Source: Flaccisagitta enflata | Taxonomy: Eukaryota | Assembly (NCBI GenBank): GCA_965153355.1 | Contig: OZ231126.1 | Coordinates: 40,052,001-40,116,000 of the forward strand | Reading direction: 5' to 3' | Length of the DNA stretch: 64,000 nucleotides | Shown: piece by piece, positions 25,507-36,000 of the stretch | Numbering within the stretch: position 1 is the first letter of the stretch | Layout of the letters: every line of letters starts with the position of its first letter | The notes under the pieces: model-generated | Told to the model about the DNA's origin: nothing | Database searches by the model: none | Seen by the model: only the letters and a program-made list of their open reading frames with translations | Made by a program: the position numbers and the translations under genes

Positions 25507-25561
25507 CGTAACATCGCCACCAATGACGTCAGCGGGGCGCGGCGCCGACGAGGATGACGTT

Positions 25562-25574
25562 ATGAGTTGAAGCT
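25562..25574 (-). promoter_or_regulatory. Putative non-tRNA primer-binding site
   Basis: The minus strand after the 5' LTR reads AGCTTCAACTCAT (no TGG). It is complementary to ATGAGTTGAAGTT within the LTR (plus 25749-25761). Confidence 0.55.
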
Positions 25575-26093
25575 TGTGCCCGCTCGCTCCCTTTCTCCTA
25601 ACCGGAGTTACAGTGACGACGCAATTAACGGTCTGAAATAATTTATTAGCAATCATTAGTAATCAGTGGTAACTTAGGCAATGAGCAGTAATAATTAGTG
25701 GCAATCATAAGTACACCAATTTACATCTTTACAAGGCTTAGTACCTGAAACTTCAACTCATTTCGGCATTCAGGGAACCAGAGGGTAAGTAATGCTAATC
25801 AATTCATCATTAATCTGCAAAAGATGGAAAAAAAGTAACATTAGTAGGCTTATTTACTCCTAATCGCGAATAAACAATGAGAGCGAAGGAATAAAGACGA
25901 GCGAATGGACTAAACAGCAGGTAAACGCTCTTATAAGGAAATTCTCATGGCATGTATCATGAATCCCAGCTCAGCTTCCGTTCAATTCGAAGCGGTGAAC
26001 TACTAATAGAGGGCGTTGCTAAAAGGGTAAGTTTTAAGGGCAAAGTAAGGTCTTAAAACAAATGAACAGTGCTTGCTCACGCGAGCCCGCACA
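25575..26093 (-). repeat. 5' LTR of nested element
   Basis: 519 bp, TG...CA. On the minus strand TTATAA (25931-25936) precedes AATAAA (25642-25647), the expected U3-R-U5 order. Confidence 0.95.
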
Positions 26094-26098
26094 GCCTT

Positions 26099-29000
26099 TC
26101 CTTCATGCGAAATTAATCGACAAGTCAGGAAATATGGCTAATTGTAAGGTCCTCTATGACTCCGGTAGCTCCTGTAGCATTGTGAGCAAAAACTATTTGG
26201 AGAAAAATAGCCTTATTTTTGATCCTATTGAATACAGTTCAACGCTTCAGGGCTTTCAAGGCTCAAAGATTCAGGCTCATGTAAAGGGAAAATTTTTGAT
26301 GGATGTAAAATCAGGATTGAACATTGAACTTGAGTTAATTGTTATTCATGAGAAAGCCCTGGCCTACGATGTTATTTTTGGTTTTAATGAAATATTGCAA
26401 AACAAGTTCTCATTGAATCATGAAAAAGATCCACCTTGTTTTCATCACAACGGAAAAGACATACCAATCTATCAAATGAAGGACAAATTTGATGAGGAAT
26501 ATGAGAATGAAGATGGCGTTCTAACAGTAGAACAGACAAAAGAGCAACAAACCATCTACTGCACCACGGGTATAACATTGATGGGAAGTGACGTTTATTT
26601 TCTGCCAGTTCAAATTACGTCCGATGCTGCTGGCTTGTATGAGGTCAGTTTGGATGAAGAATTAAGCTCTAAAGGACTCAAGCTTGAAGGGCCATCTAAG
26701 GTGGCATTCATCAAATCAGGTCGAAATAAAAACCTGATTTCTGGCGTTTTACATGTCAGGTTTGATCGGAAAAAGAATGTGATGCTCAGCTTACCTGTTT
26801 TAAGTTGCGTGGGGGTGTGCCAATGGGCTGAAGACAACAACTTAAAAATTCAGGTGGAAAGTGCCAACTTTGCTGAAGTAAAAGTAAAGGAAGAAAAAAA
26901 TCGAATCTACATTCACCCTGTCAAGATCATTCCAACAAAAAAGCAATTAAAAGCAGTGAAATTAGCCCAAGAAAAGAGAAAATCTAAGTGGACTGTTGAA
27001 CTTTTAAAACATGAGTCTCAAGAATGGCTTTCCAACGTGCCTGAGAGATATAAAGGTGATGTTCTAAGTTTGTTACAAGAATATGCTACGGTTCTCTTAC
27101 ATGATTTTTCTGATCTAGAACACGGTGTGATTGACTTTGAACTAAGAGGCACAATTCCAAAAGATCTATTTATAGCCTGTCACTACAGATCACCTCCACT
27201 TATAATGAAAAATCTATATGCACGAATGCAAACATACATGATGGAGATTGGACTAGCAGAACCATGTTTAAGACCAGCTGTAGTTAATCCGTATCAATTA
27301 GTGGTTAAGAAAAACTGCAAATTACCGACTGATCAAGAAAGTCTTAACAAGCTATCAAATCAAGACCTGGTTTCCCAATTTAGAATTGTTCAAGACTGCT
27401 CTGCAGTAAACACATTCTGTGTTGGAGGATCTGCTGGATATGTAGTTGGGATCTCCGAGCTTATAAATGAAGTAAGAGAAAATTCTCTTGTGTCCTTGTG
27501 GGACTTGTCAAATTCATTCCACCAAATAAATCTTTCGAGTCAATTGGATGAAAATGGAAGATGTCTAAAAGACTTATTTGCATGTTATTGTTATGCACAA
27601 GGTCAATACATGAGAGCCAATAAAATGGTTCAAGGCTTTACGGCAGCCTCAGATTTGGCATCTTTAATTTTCAAGGACATTGAAGAACCCATAAGCTCAG
27701 TGCCACTAAATTGCAGTGTGGAGGAATACAAGAAACATGTTGAAAGCTACGACAATGGAGATTTAATCACCTGCACAGACCCATTGTACTCAGGTCAGAT
27801 CCATTCATATATAGATGATGCCATTTCTCAGACACCGGGAATCTATGGTGAATTGAGTACTTACAATCTAAAAAAGTCTTCTTTCTACAAAGTCCCAAAA
27901 ACACAGATGGATCACTTGGTCTATCTCCATCTCAATGTGCTTGCCAAGATTTTTACAAATCTAGAAAAACACAATCTTTTGATTCAACCATCAAAAATGG
28001 CTTTGCTGACGCAAAATTCATTCACTTTTTTAGGACTAAAGTTTCTGAGAGTAAACGGAATGCTTCAAGTTACTATGCCTGACAAAAAAATCAAGGCCTT
28101 GCTCGACTTTGAACCCCCAAAGTCAATTTTGGAAGCTCATAAGCTAATTGGCTTTATATCATTCTTTGCCATACTATTGGAAAATAGCAAAGTGCTACTT
28201 GAGCCAATTCTACGCCTAATTAGAAAAGGGACCAAGTTTCAATGGGGAGAATATGAACAAAAGTGCCTAGATCTGATTAAAGAAAAGTTGACAGCAAGTG
28301 TGTTAGAAGGATATTGTCGTTTGACTGATTCTAATACCTTCTATGAGTGTCACATATATGTGGACTGGTCTAAATTAGCGTCCTGTGCTAGTGCCATAGT
28401 TTATATCAAAAGCTACAAGGACCAAACTCTGAAACTCGCTATGTTTTGGTCACGCCTACTTAGTGCTACCTTTTCCAAGCGTGCGCCATACATTTGTGAG
28501 GCTGCGGCTATTGCACTTTTCCTCGTTTCAAACAAGGCATTGCTTGGAGGAAGATGTTTAAATACATATTGTGATAATCTAGTAGCTTGCTACCTGCTCA
28601 GAAAAGGAGTGGGAAATGTCGACTCCTTCTCTGATGGAGTAACTCATCGCTTGTTGCTCTCAATCGCGAATATACCCGCAAAATTTGTCTATACACCAAC
28701 GTCAAATAATCCTAGTGATTATTTGTCAAGATACAGTGGTGATAGAGCTGATGAAGCAGATGAATTGTGTCTTGAAAGCACAAGTGTTTCTGATCTGACG
28801 CTTATGGATTCGAAAACTTTCAAGCCTCAAGAAACACTAGATTCATATCTTGAGAATAGCAAGAAAAATGTGGAAAAAATGAGGCAGCTTGCTTCCACAC
28901 ATTGGGACATTAATCTAGTCAAAAAGAGATTCAAGAATACACACATATTCAGTGATAATGTTCATCACAATGATGATGTGATCGCCATCTGTCAAAATAA

Positions 29001-29808
29001 GGAAGTTCCTGACGTCCTCAATGTAGAGAGCCCCTCTGATGTCATGGCAACAGACATCAAAACTTGGATTCAACCAGACACGTCAGATCATACATTTACA
29101 TTAATTGAGAAGCCCTACGTGAATGTATGTGCAGACTTATTTCAAAAAGAACACACAGATACTCAATATGAGAATTTCTTTAAATCATCTAATGGAGGAG
29201 ATCTCATTGATTTGTTGGTGAGAGAATCAAAGTTGAACCCATATACAGAAAAGTTCATGAAAGAACTAAGAGACGACAGTCATTTCATTGCATCCAACAG
29301 AATGCTATCAGCCCATACTTTCAACTCACAAGAAGGTATTATTGATAATGAACTATATAGCGATCGTGTTCATTTGTCTTTGACTCTTCAAGAAATGTTT
29401 GTCATCAGCGACACTAATAAACAAAAGGGGATCGACCTGGATGCGGCGCCGATCTTCTCATCCATAAAAGAGATCAAACACAGTGTTGCCAAGTACGAGT
29501 TGAGTGCACAAGCTAAGTCACGATTCAGCTACTTTTCTGAAATCCAAAACAGATCTTTGGATATATCCTTAATGAAGGATTATTTGCAAGGCATGGCTAA
29601 TGAAGAAAGAATGGAGCTAAGAAAGAAAGGATCTGCCTTGTTCCGTTTCATGTTCAACAACAAAGATGCAATTTTTGAGGAAAATGGCTTATTGTTTCTG
29701 ATAAAAATACCCAAGTCAGGAGAACATCACTCATTTGCATTACTGATGGAAAAAGTTGACGGAGAGCGCCAGATGATTAAAATCCATGCAAAATCCCACA
29801 GAAAATAA
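26099..29808 (+). CDS. pol: Pol: aspartic protease, reverse transcriptase, RNase H, start of integrase
   Basis: PR: LYDSGSS (26158). RT: FRIVQD, WDLSNSFHQI, MVQGF, YIDD (27808-27819), FLG. RNase H: YVDWS, CEAAA, YCDN, NPSDYLSR. In frame with gag once the nested element is removed (SIASLP|FLHAKL). Confidence 0.95.
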
Positions 29809-31362
29809 ATGTATGTTTATGCAGTTTTCAGCAAAAGATTCTTTTGCATAAATGCTCTTAGCTTGGCCATATCAGTATGCAACAAATGCACTCAGTGCGC
29901 ACAGATGGAATATCGAAAAAAATTAAAATGTGAGAGAATTAACTACACTGGCCGTGATTCAGTAATTTGCTGCGATCATAAAGGACCATGTTATGACAAA
30001 GGTGGAAAGCCTGGATACATTTTAGCTATAACTGAGCTAAAATTCAAGCTCTGCAATTTCACATTTGTGAAGACTACATCAGCTACTGAGACAGCAGAGG
30101 CTATCTTCAGCAACTACTTTGTGAATTACGGTGCAAACTGCACCATAGTTACAGACCGCTCAACTGCATTTGTCAATGAGCTAAGCAAATGTTTATACAA
30201 ATTGGGTTCAATTTCCCATAGAGTGGTATCTGCTTACCATCCTCAAGCAAGCTTGGCTGAATCAATCAGTGTCAGACCATTCAGCAAAAGTCTAAGAAGT
30301 GTCATGTTTGGAAGAGATGCTTCAGAAATAAAAAGAAATGTAAAATATTGCCAGTTCATTGTAAACAATCTAACCATACATGAACTAGGTAAAACTCCTT
30401 TTGAACTACTTACTGGATCCACAAACAGCTTTTATCACCCCATTTTGGAATTGAAGGATCAAACACTGGATTATCCATCCTTTTTGAAGAAAAAGATTGA
30501 GTTTCTTCAACAAATAACTGACTTCTATTTGAATAAGTACGATTTGTATCTTTCACAAAAACGTCCATGCAATCATACTGTGTCCTCACTAGGACTGGAA
30601 GTTGGCCAGAAAGTGTGGGTGAGAATTTTCAAATATGGAAAAAATCTCAAATATCTGAAAAGTATTCTGCCTAAAGCAAAACTAGCTGAAATTACACATA
30701 TCAATGGAGCTACATCTCTCATCCTCAGAGATGAAGAAACTGGAAGGGTAATTTCAAGACATCTTAGTGATGTATTCTTGGTGGAATTTACTGGCAATTT
30801 CTCTTACTTATATAAAGATTCTTTAACTAGTCAAAAGGAAGAATATCTAGAGATTGAAGAGAGCCCAATAATTGACTCCAGAGGTGCTGACTTGATACTA
30901 CTGGAAAATCAGAAAAGACTAAACAGGTCATCGCCAAGTCAAATTCAAGCAGAAGCTATTTCGCCAGATGGCGCAAAAACGATCTCGCCAGATGGCGCCA
31001 AAACGATTTCGCCAGATGGCGTTACGAAAAAAAGAGCATCGGCGATAGGTGGCGCTGTGAGCAATGGCGCTGGTTCTATGATACCAATAATTGGTGAGAC
31101 TGAACAAAATTCGCCCCTGGCTGATAACGCAGCTGAGAACACGCGGCTAGGTGGCAAAAACAAAAGTAAAACGCCCTCAGATGGCGCTAAACACGAAATC
31201 GATTTGCCTAACTCGAAATTACGGTCTAGAAAGGACTCTCAACGCAAATCAAGAATTGTGACGTCATCCTCCAGTGACAAGGAAAGTTCAGATGAGGAAA
31301 TACGCGATCACGGAAGCAGAATGAAACTGAGGCCCAGGAGGCATATTAATTATAAAGTGTAA
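29809..31362 (+). CDS. Integrase (same frame as pol, separated by one TAA)
   Basis: H-X3-H-X29-C-X2-C spans the stop. Core CCDHKGP / VTDRSTAF / YHPQASLAE (D-X34-E). C-terminal LEVGQKVWVR SH3-like region and three ISPDG repeats. Confidence 0.93.
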   Translation: MYVYAVFSKRFFCINALSLAISVCNKCTQCAQMEYRKKLKCERINYTGRDSVICCDHKGPCYDKGGKPGYILAITELKFKLCNFTFVKTTSATETAEAIFSNYFVNYGANCTIVTDRSTAFVNELSKCLYKLGSISHRVVSAYHPQASLAESISVRPFSKSLRSVMFGRDASEIKRNVKYCQFIVNNLTIHELGKTPFELLTGSTNSFYHPILELKDQTLDYPSFLKKKIEFLQQITDFYLNKYDLYLSQKRPCNHTVSSLGLEVGQKVWVRIFKYGKNLKYLKSILPKAKLAEITHINGATSLILRDEETGRVISRHLSDVFLVEFTGNFSYLYKDSLTSQKEEYLEIEESPIIDSRGADLILLENQKRLNRSSPSQIQAEAISPDGAKTISPDGAKTISPDGVTKKRASAIGGAVSNGAGSMIPIIGETEQNSPLADNAAENTRLGGKNKSKTPSDGAKHEIDLPNSKLRSRKDSQRKSRIVTSSSSDKESSDEEIRDHGSRMKLRPRRHINYKV

Positions 31363-31388
31363 AGTCTTAATACGTAGTGAAGGGGGCA

Positions 31389-31528
31389 TAGTGCATACTG
31401 TTGTAAATAAAACTATACAGCATAAATAAAATTCAAATCGTTTTTTGTTTATTGTCTTAAAACAATAAACAAAAAACGATTTGAATTTTATTTATGCTAT
31501 ATAGTTTTATTTACAACAGTATGCACTA
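31389..31528. repeat. 140-bp near-perfect palindrome
   Basis: TAGTGCATACTGTTG...CAACAGTATGCACTA; 70-bp arms, two mismatched pairs, no loop spacer. Confidence 0.95.
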
Positions 31529-31550
31529 GAAGGTCACTAGGGCATCTGGG

Positions 31551-32068
31551 CTGGGTTGGCACGCTAATTTTAGTCACTTGAAAAAAGCCGGATTAAACCG
31601 GCTGGATTAAATCGGCTTTTTTCAAACAATTTTTGAAAAAAGCTGGCTAAAATTGGCTTTTTTCAAAAACTTTTTTATAAAATCACCAAAAATCCAAAAA
31701 TTTCCCAAAAACTTAGTTTCTCAAAGAATATTCTTTTTTGCCTGACATCGATGATGACTCTCAGGCGCTTTTGGAAAATCCCAAGGATGAAACGATGACT
31801 TAGGAGTGATCAGGTGAGAAACATCAAAAGGTGACTGCAGCTCCAACTGTTATTGATTCCATTGCCAACAAGGTCAAGTATAGCTGTTTTTCTCATCTTG
31901 CACTATATATCAACATTATTTTATTATTTTTATACTGATTGCTACTACTTTCACGCATTTTTGAAAAAAATCCGGCGTTTGAAAAACACAGGATTTTAGC
32001 CGATTTAATCCATTTTAGCTGGCTAAAAGTGTTTTTTTTTTTTTAAAGTGGCTTTTTTGCCAACCCAG
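31551..32068. mobile_element. hAT-type MITE (518 bp)
   Basis: TIR CTGGGTTGGCA / TGCCAACCCAG. Exact 8-bp TSD CATCTGGG at 31543-31550 and 32069-32076. Confidence 0.9.
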
Positions 32069-32120
32069 CATCTGGGCAGGAGCCGTATGCTCAAACAGCT
32101 CAAAACGCTGAAAAAGTAAT

Positions 32121-32927
32121 AGCAGCCCAAAGGCAGTAAGTGGTCAGCGGTACCCGTGCCCTGCTTGAGTAGTATGTGATTTAGGTTGAGGGGGAGCAGG
32201 GCAGCGGCCCCGAAGGGGACGAAGTCCTGTAGAACACAGGGGGAATCTGTCCGTCCGTCCATCCGTCCGTCCGTCCTTCTCTCAGCCTTCCTTTTGTCAA
32301 GGAAGCCGCTTATTCAAACTCTCTTTGCATAACATGGAGAAATGACAAAAGGCACTATATGGACAAGGGTACCCCTGCTCCTCTTGAGAAGTTTGTTATT
32401 TAAGTTGAGGGGGGAGCAGGCTGGGATTTGGGTCTCTGAGGCCAGAATCTGGGTCTCAGAGACCAATTTCTTGGTCTCAGAGGCCAGGGTTTGAGTCTCT
32501 GAGGCCAGGATTTGGGTCTCTGAGGCCAGGATTTGGGTCTCTGAGGCCAGGATCTAGGGCCTTGAGGCCAGATCCTGGGTCTTGGAGGCCAGAATCTGGG
32601 TCACAGAGATCAAGATCTAGATCTCTGAGGCTAGGATTAGGGTTTTAGAGGCCAGAATCTGGGTATTAGAAACCAGGATCTAGATCTTAGGGGCCAAAAT
32701 AATAGAATTTTGACTAAAATTTCAGTTTTCTAGCCAGATTTTAGCCATTTTGCTTGGATTTGGGTCATTTTGCTTAGATTTGGGCCATTTTGCTTGGATT
32801 TGGGCCCCAAAGGAGACGAAGCCCTGAGAATGGGGCGGGGGGGGGGGGGGGACGTACGGACGGACGGACGGACAGATTCCCCCTGTGTTCTACAGGACTT
32901 CGTCCCCTTCGGGGCCGCTGCCCAAAA
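32121..32927. mobile_element. Full-length family B element with ~60-bp subterminal inverted repeats and an internal ~21-bp array
   Basis: GGGCAGCGGCCCCGAAGGGGACGAAGTCCTGTAGAACACAGGGGGAATCTGTCCGTCC from 32199 is inverted, ending at 32923. Inserted within a family A copy. Confidence 0.75.
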
Positions 32928-33016
32928 AGGGGACCGACCGACCAACCGACCGACATAGCGGGTCGTAAAGTCGCGAGCACGCGACTAAAAACGAAGAGTA
33001 AGAAAAAGTAAAAGTA

Positions 33017-36000
33017 CAGTGCGGCTCAAAAAAAAGTTTTAGGCAGTTTTTAATTCTATCTTATAGCAATAGACATAACTTTTTAACGATTTTTTCTTTA
33101 TCATCTATAATTTAGACTACAATAACAATGGCCAAAAAAAAACCGGACGCTGTTTTTTCATCAAGGATTGCTCAGAAACTAAGAAAGATAAACCCTTAAA
33201 ATCCATAATGGTTTCAAATAGCTTCAAAATATCTTTTATTTGAGCTCTCAAAGAACATTGTAGCTTCAGAACTTTAGAAGTTATGATGCTTTAAAGATCA
33301 CCACTCAGAAATCTCGAATCTGGAATCAATCTTTTTAGGGTAACCAACTTTGAATTAATATAGCTTGTAAACGAAGAAGAATCATGATTTCTGCTTGATT
33401 CCATCTTGTAGAGAATTAAAGTAGCGGGGGGACCGTGGAGCCCCAAAGGGGTAAATAAGAGAGATACACCACTCAGTAGGCGACCAATGTCTGGTGGAAC
33501 ATCCCTCTTAACAATCTGAAACATCAGATGGACTCAAAAATGTTGAAAAAATCGCCCTCATCTAGCATCTTTTTCATCTATGTAAATTATCAAAATTCCC
33601 ATTAAAGTTGCTGCATTTTTAGGGCTTTTGGCCACAAAAAATTTCAATTCCTGATCACTTTCAACAATGACAAGCGTTTTTTATGTGATTGCTGATATTG
33701 TATGTAACAGGTGATTGATTAATAAAACAAAACTCATAATTGCTGCAAGTTGCTGCAAGTTGCAGCATGTTGCTGCAGGCATCGTAGTAATTTAAGCCAA
33801 ACAAGGGTGGATACATGGATACCCAAGCCACGTGCGGGAGGGCAGGGGCCCTAATTGAAGTCACTTGATCATTTGGGCAGGAGCAGTGAGGCCAAAGACC
33901 GCAAAAAGCAAAACAAGTAAAAGATGACAGACCAACGGATGGACCAACAGACAGACCTACGGACCAACAAAGCGGGGTGTAGAGTCGCACAGCACGAGAC
34001 TAAAAGTGTTGCAAATCTGAGAACACAATGATAGGCAATCGAGTCCTATAGTTTTAAACTAGCAACTCTATCAGGAGCTTTATCCATCTGTCAGTCTATC
34101 TTTTGGACACTTTGACTGTCCATCCATTCATCCATCAGCATATCTGTCCATCTGTCCCTCCATCCCTTCATTTACAATACACTCAATCATCGGTAAGTAA
34201 TTATCTACTTCTAGTTCAAAAGTTTTAAATTGGTCATTTCTGCCCCTGCCAGTGTTCTTGTAACACGTTGAAATGGCCAATGTAGGTCCTTCAAGTGTAA
34301 ACTTGCGACTGGCCCTTGCATCTGTCTGTCTGTCTGTCTGCCTGTCTGTTAATCCAACTGTCCATCCAACCCTTTGTCCATTCAACCATTCACCTATTAC
34401 ATCCAGATCCGTAAGCATCGTTTAAAAACAATCATGACCGGTTACACGGCTACCCTAGTCGCGCGTGGGTAGGCAGGGTCAGTGATTTAAAAGGGTCACT
34501 TGAGCAAAAGATGCCCAAAAACGCTGAAAAAGCTAATGGTATCAGACCAACCAACAGACCGATCAACCGACATAGCGGGTTATTGAGTTGTGGTGTAGCA
34601 TGCGACTACAAATTGCAGTTTGTTTGTCCATTTCCAGGCAAAATACTGCTGCTTGTGCATTAACCCAGCCCAGTTGTATGAGTCAGTTGCATTTTGAAGG
34701 GTTCCCCTCCCAACAGACAGCACGACTAAGTGGCATATAGAATTGCGTGGATGCAACTGATAATAGCATTCTAAGCTCATTAATCTGCTCCTTACCTTAG
34801 GTCTTTTTAAGCAAGACTCTTGGTCGAAAACTTATTTTTGCTGCATATCGATTTCAAGATTATTTCAACTGTCACGATTGATCATCTGGTGGAGAGCAAG
34901 CCCAGCAGTATCAGTCTTACAAGGCCCTAAACATGCAACCTTGGTTGTGGACAGGTGCGGGATTGGAAAACCCTGAAAAGCAACTTTGTGACAGATTGAA
35001 GGACCAATGGACCAATGAACATAAAAGTGACTTATAGAGTTGCATGTCCGCGACAAAAAAATTAGAATAGCCCTATGATTGACTATGTATCAGACTCTCT
35101 ATCACCACTGATAATTCAAATCAGTACAGTCAAATACCACAATGACGGATGCCAAGGGACTAAAAAGTTTTATCCATAATAGACAAATTTCTGTCATTAC
35201 AAAGGGGAATATGTGGTCAGCGGTTTCCAATGACTAACCACGCACAATTGTGATAGCGAGTGTGATAAGGCGATGCAACCACCCTGAGGGGGATGAAGTC
35301 CTGTACAACACGGAGGACCTTTGTTCATACTGCCATATTTGCGGTCACTAGAGCATTAGAGCAGGAGCAGTGAGGCCGATGTACACAGAAACATGGAAGA
35401 AAGAAAAAAAAGTGACAGACCGACCAATGAATGGACAGACAGTGGTGTATACCATTGCGTAGCACATGACTAAGACCCATCTTACTGAGAACAAGCCTCT
35501 AATTGTATTGTATCATATTTTTTGTCAAATCCCCTGGTATTAATCCCTCTGCACCTTTTTATCTACAGATGGAACCAATGACAGACTCACTTAGCTAATA
35601 AAAGAGTTGCATAGCACGCATCTGAAAATTGCAATGATTAAAATTTTTTGCTTGAGTGTTCCTTTTCAAGAACAGGCCCAATACACTAATGACTAATGGC
35701 AATACACTAATGACTTATATGGAGAGACATATAGACAAACAGACATATCAAATGACAGAGTAGAAAAGAGACTCTCAAACCATGTTTGTTGATTTTTTTT
35801 TCTAGTGAATGATCTCACTGTGGCTAAAGAAAGCCAAGAAGTAGTTTTTACACAGGTGAAACGAACAGACGGAAGGAACTGACGAACGGATATCCTGTTG
35901 AGATGCATTCCTGAAGGACGCACCTAAAAAGATATAATCCTGATTGCAGCAACTTTTTAAGTTTTTCAAATCCATTTTCAGTCACATGCTACGCGACTCT

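Larger units (their letters stand above)
20660..26093 (-). mobile_element. Young non-autonomous LTR retroelement (5,434 bp) nested at the gag-protease junction
   Basis: Two 519-bp direct repeats with TG...CA ends. Exact TSD GCCTT at 20655-20659 and 26094-26098. Minus-strand PPT and a long minus-strand ORF. No pol motifs. Confidence 0.95.
15137..31388 (+). mobile_element. Giant Ty3/gypsy-type retrotransposon, 5'-truncated, interrupted by two insertions
   Basis: Domain order Gag-PR-RT-RH-IN. The frame is restored after removing 17521-18099 and 20660-26098. PPT-like GAAGGGGG at 31379-31386. No 5' LTR or tRNA PBS visible. Confidence 0.9.

Noticed and set aside
20660-26093. The 519-bp repeats as LTRs of the gag/pol element itself
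   Set aside because: They lie between gag and pol, are bounded by their own TSD and are oriented on the opposite strand.
26062-26098. ATG at 26062 as a real pol start
   Set aside because: It lies in the inserted LTR; pol was originally fused to gag.
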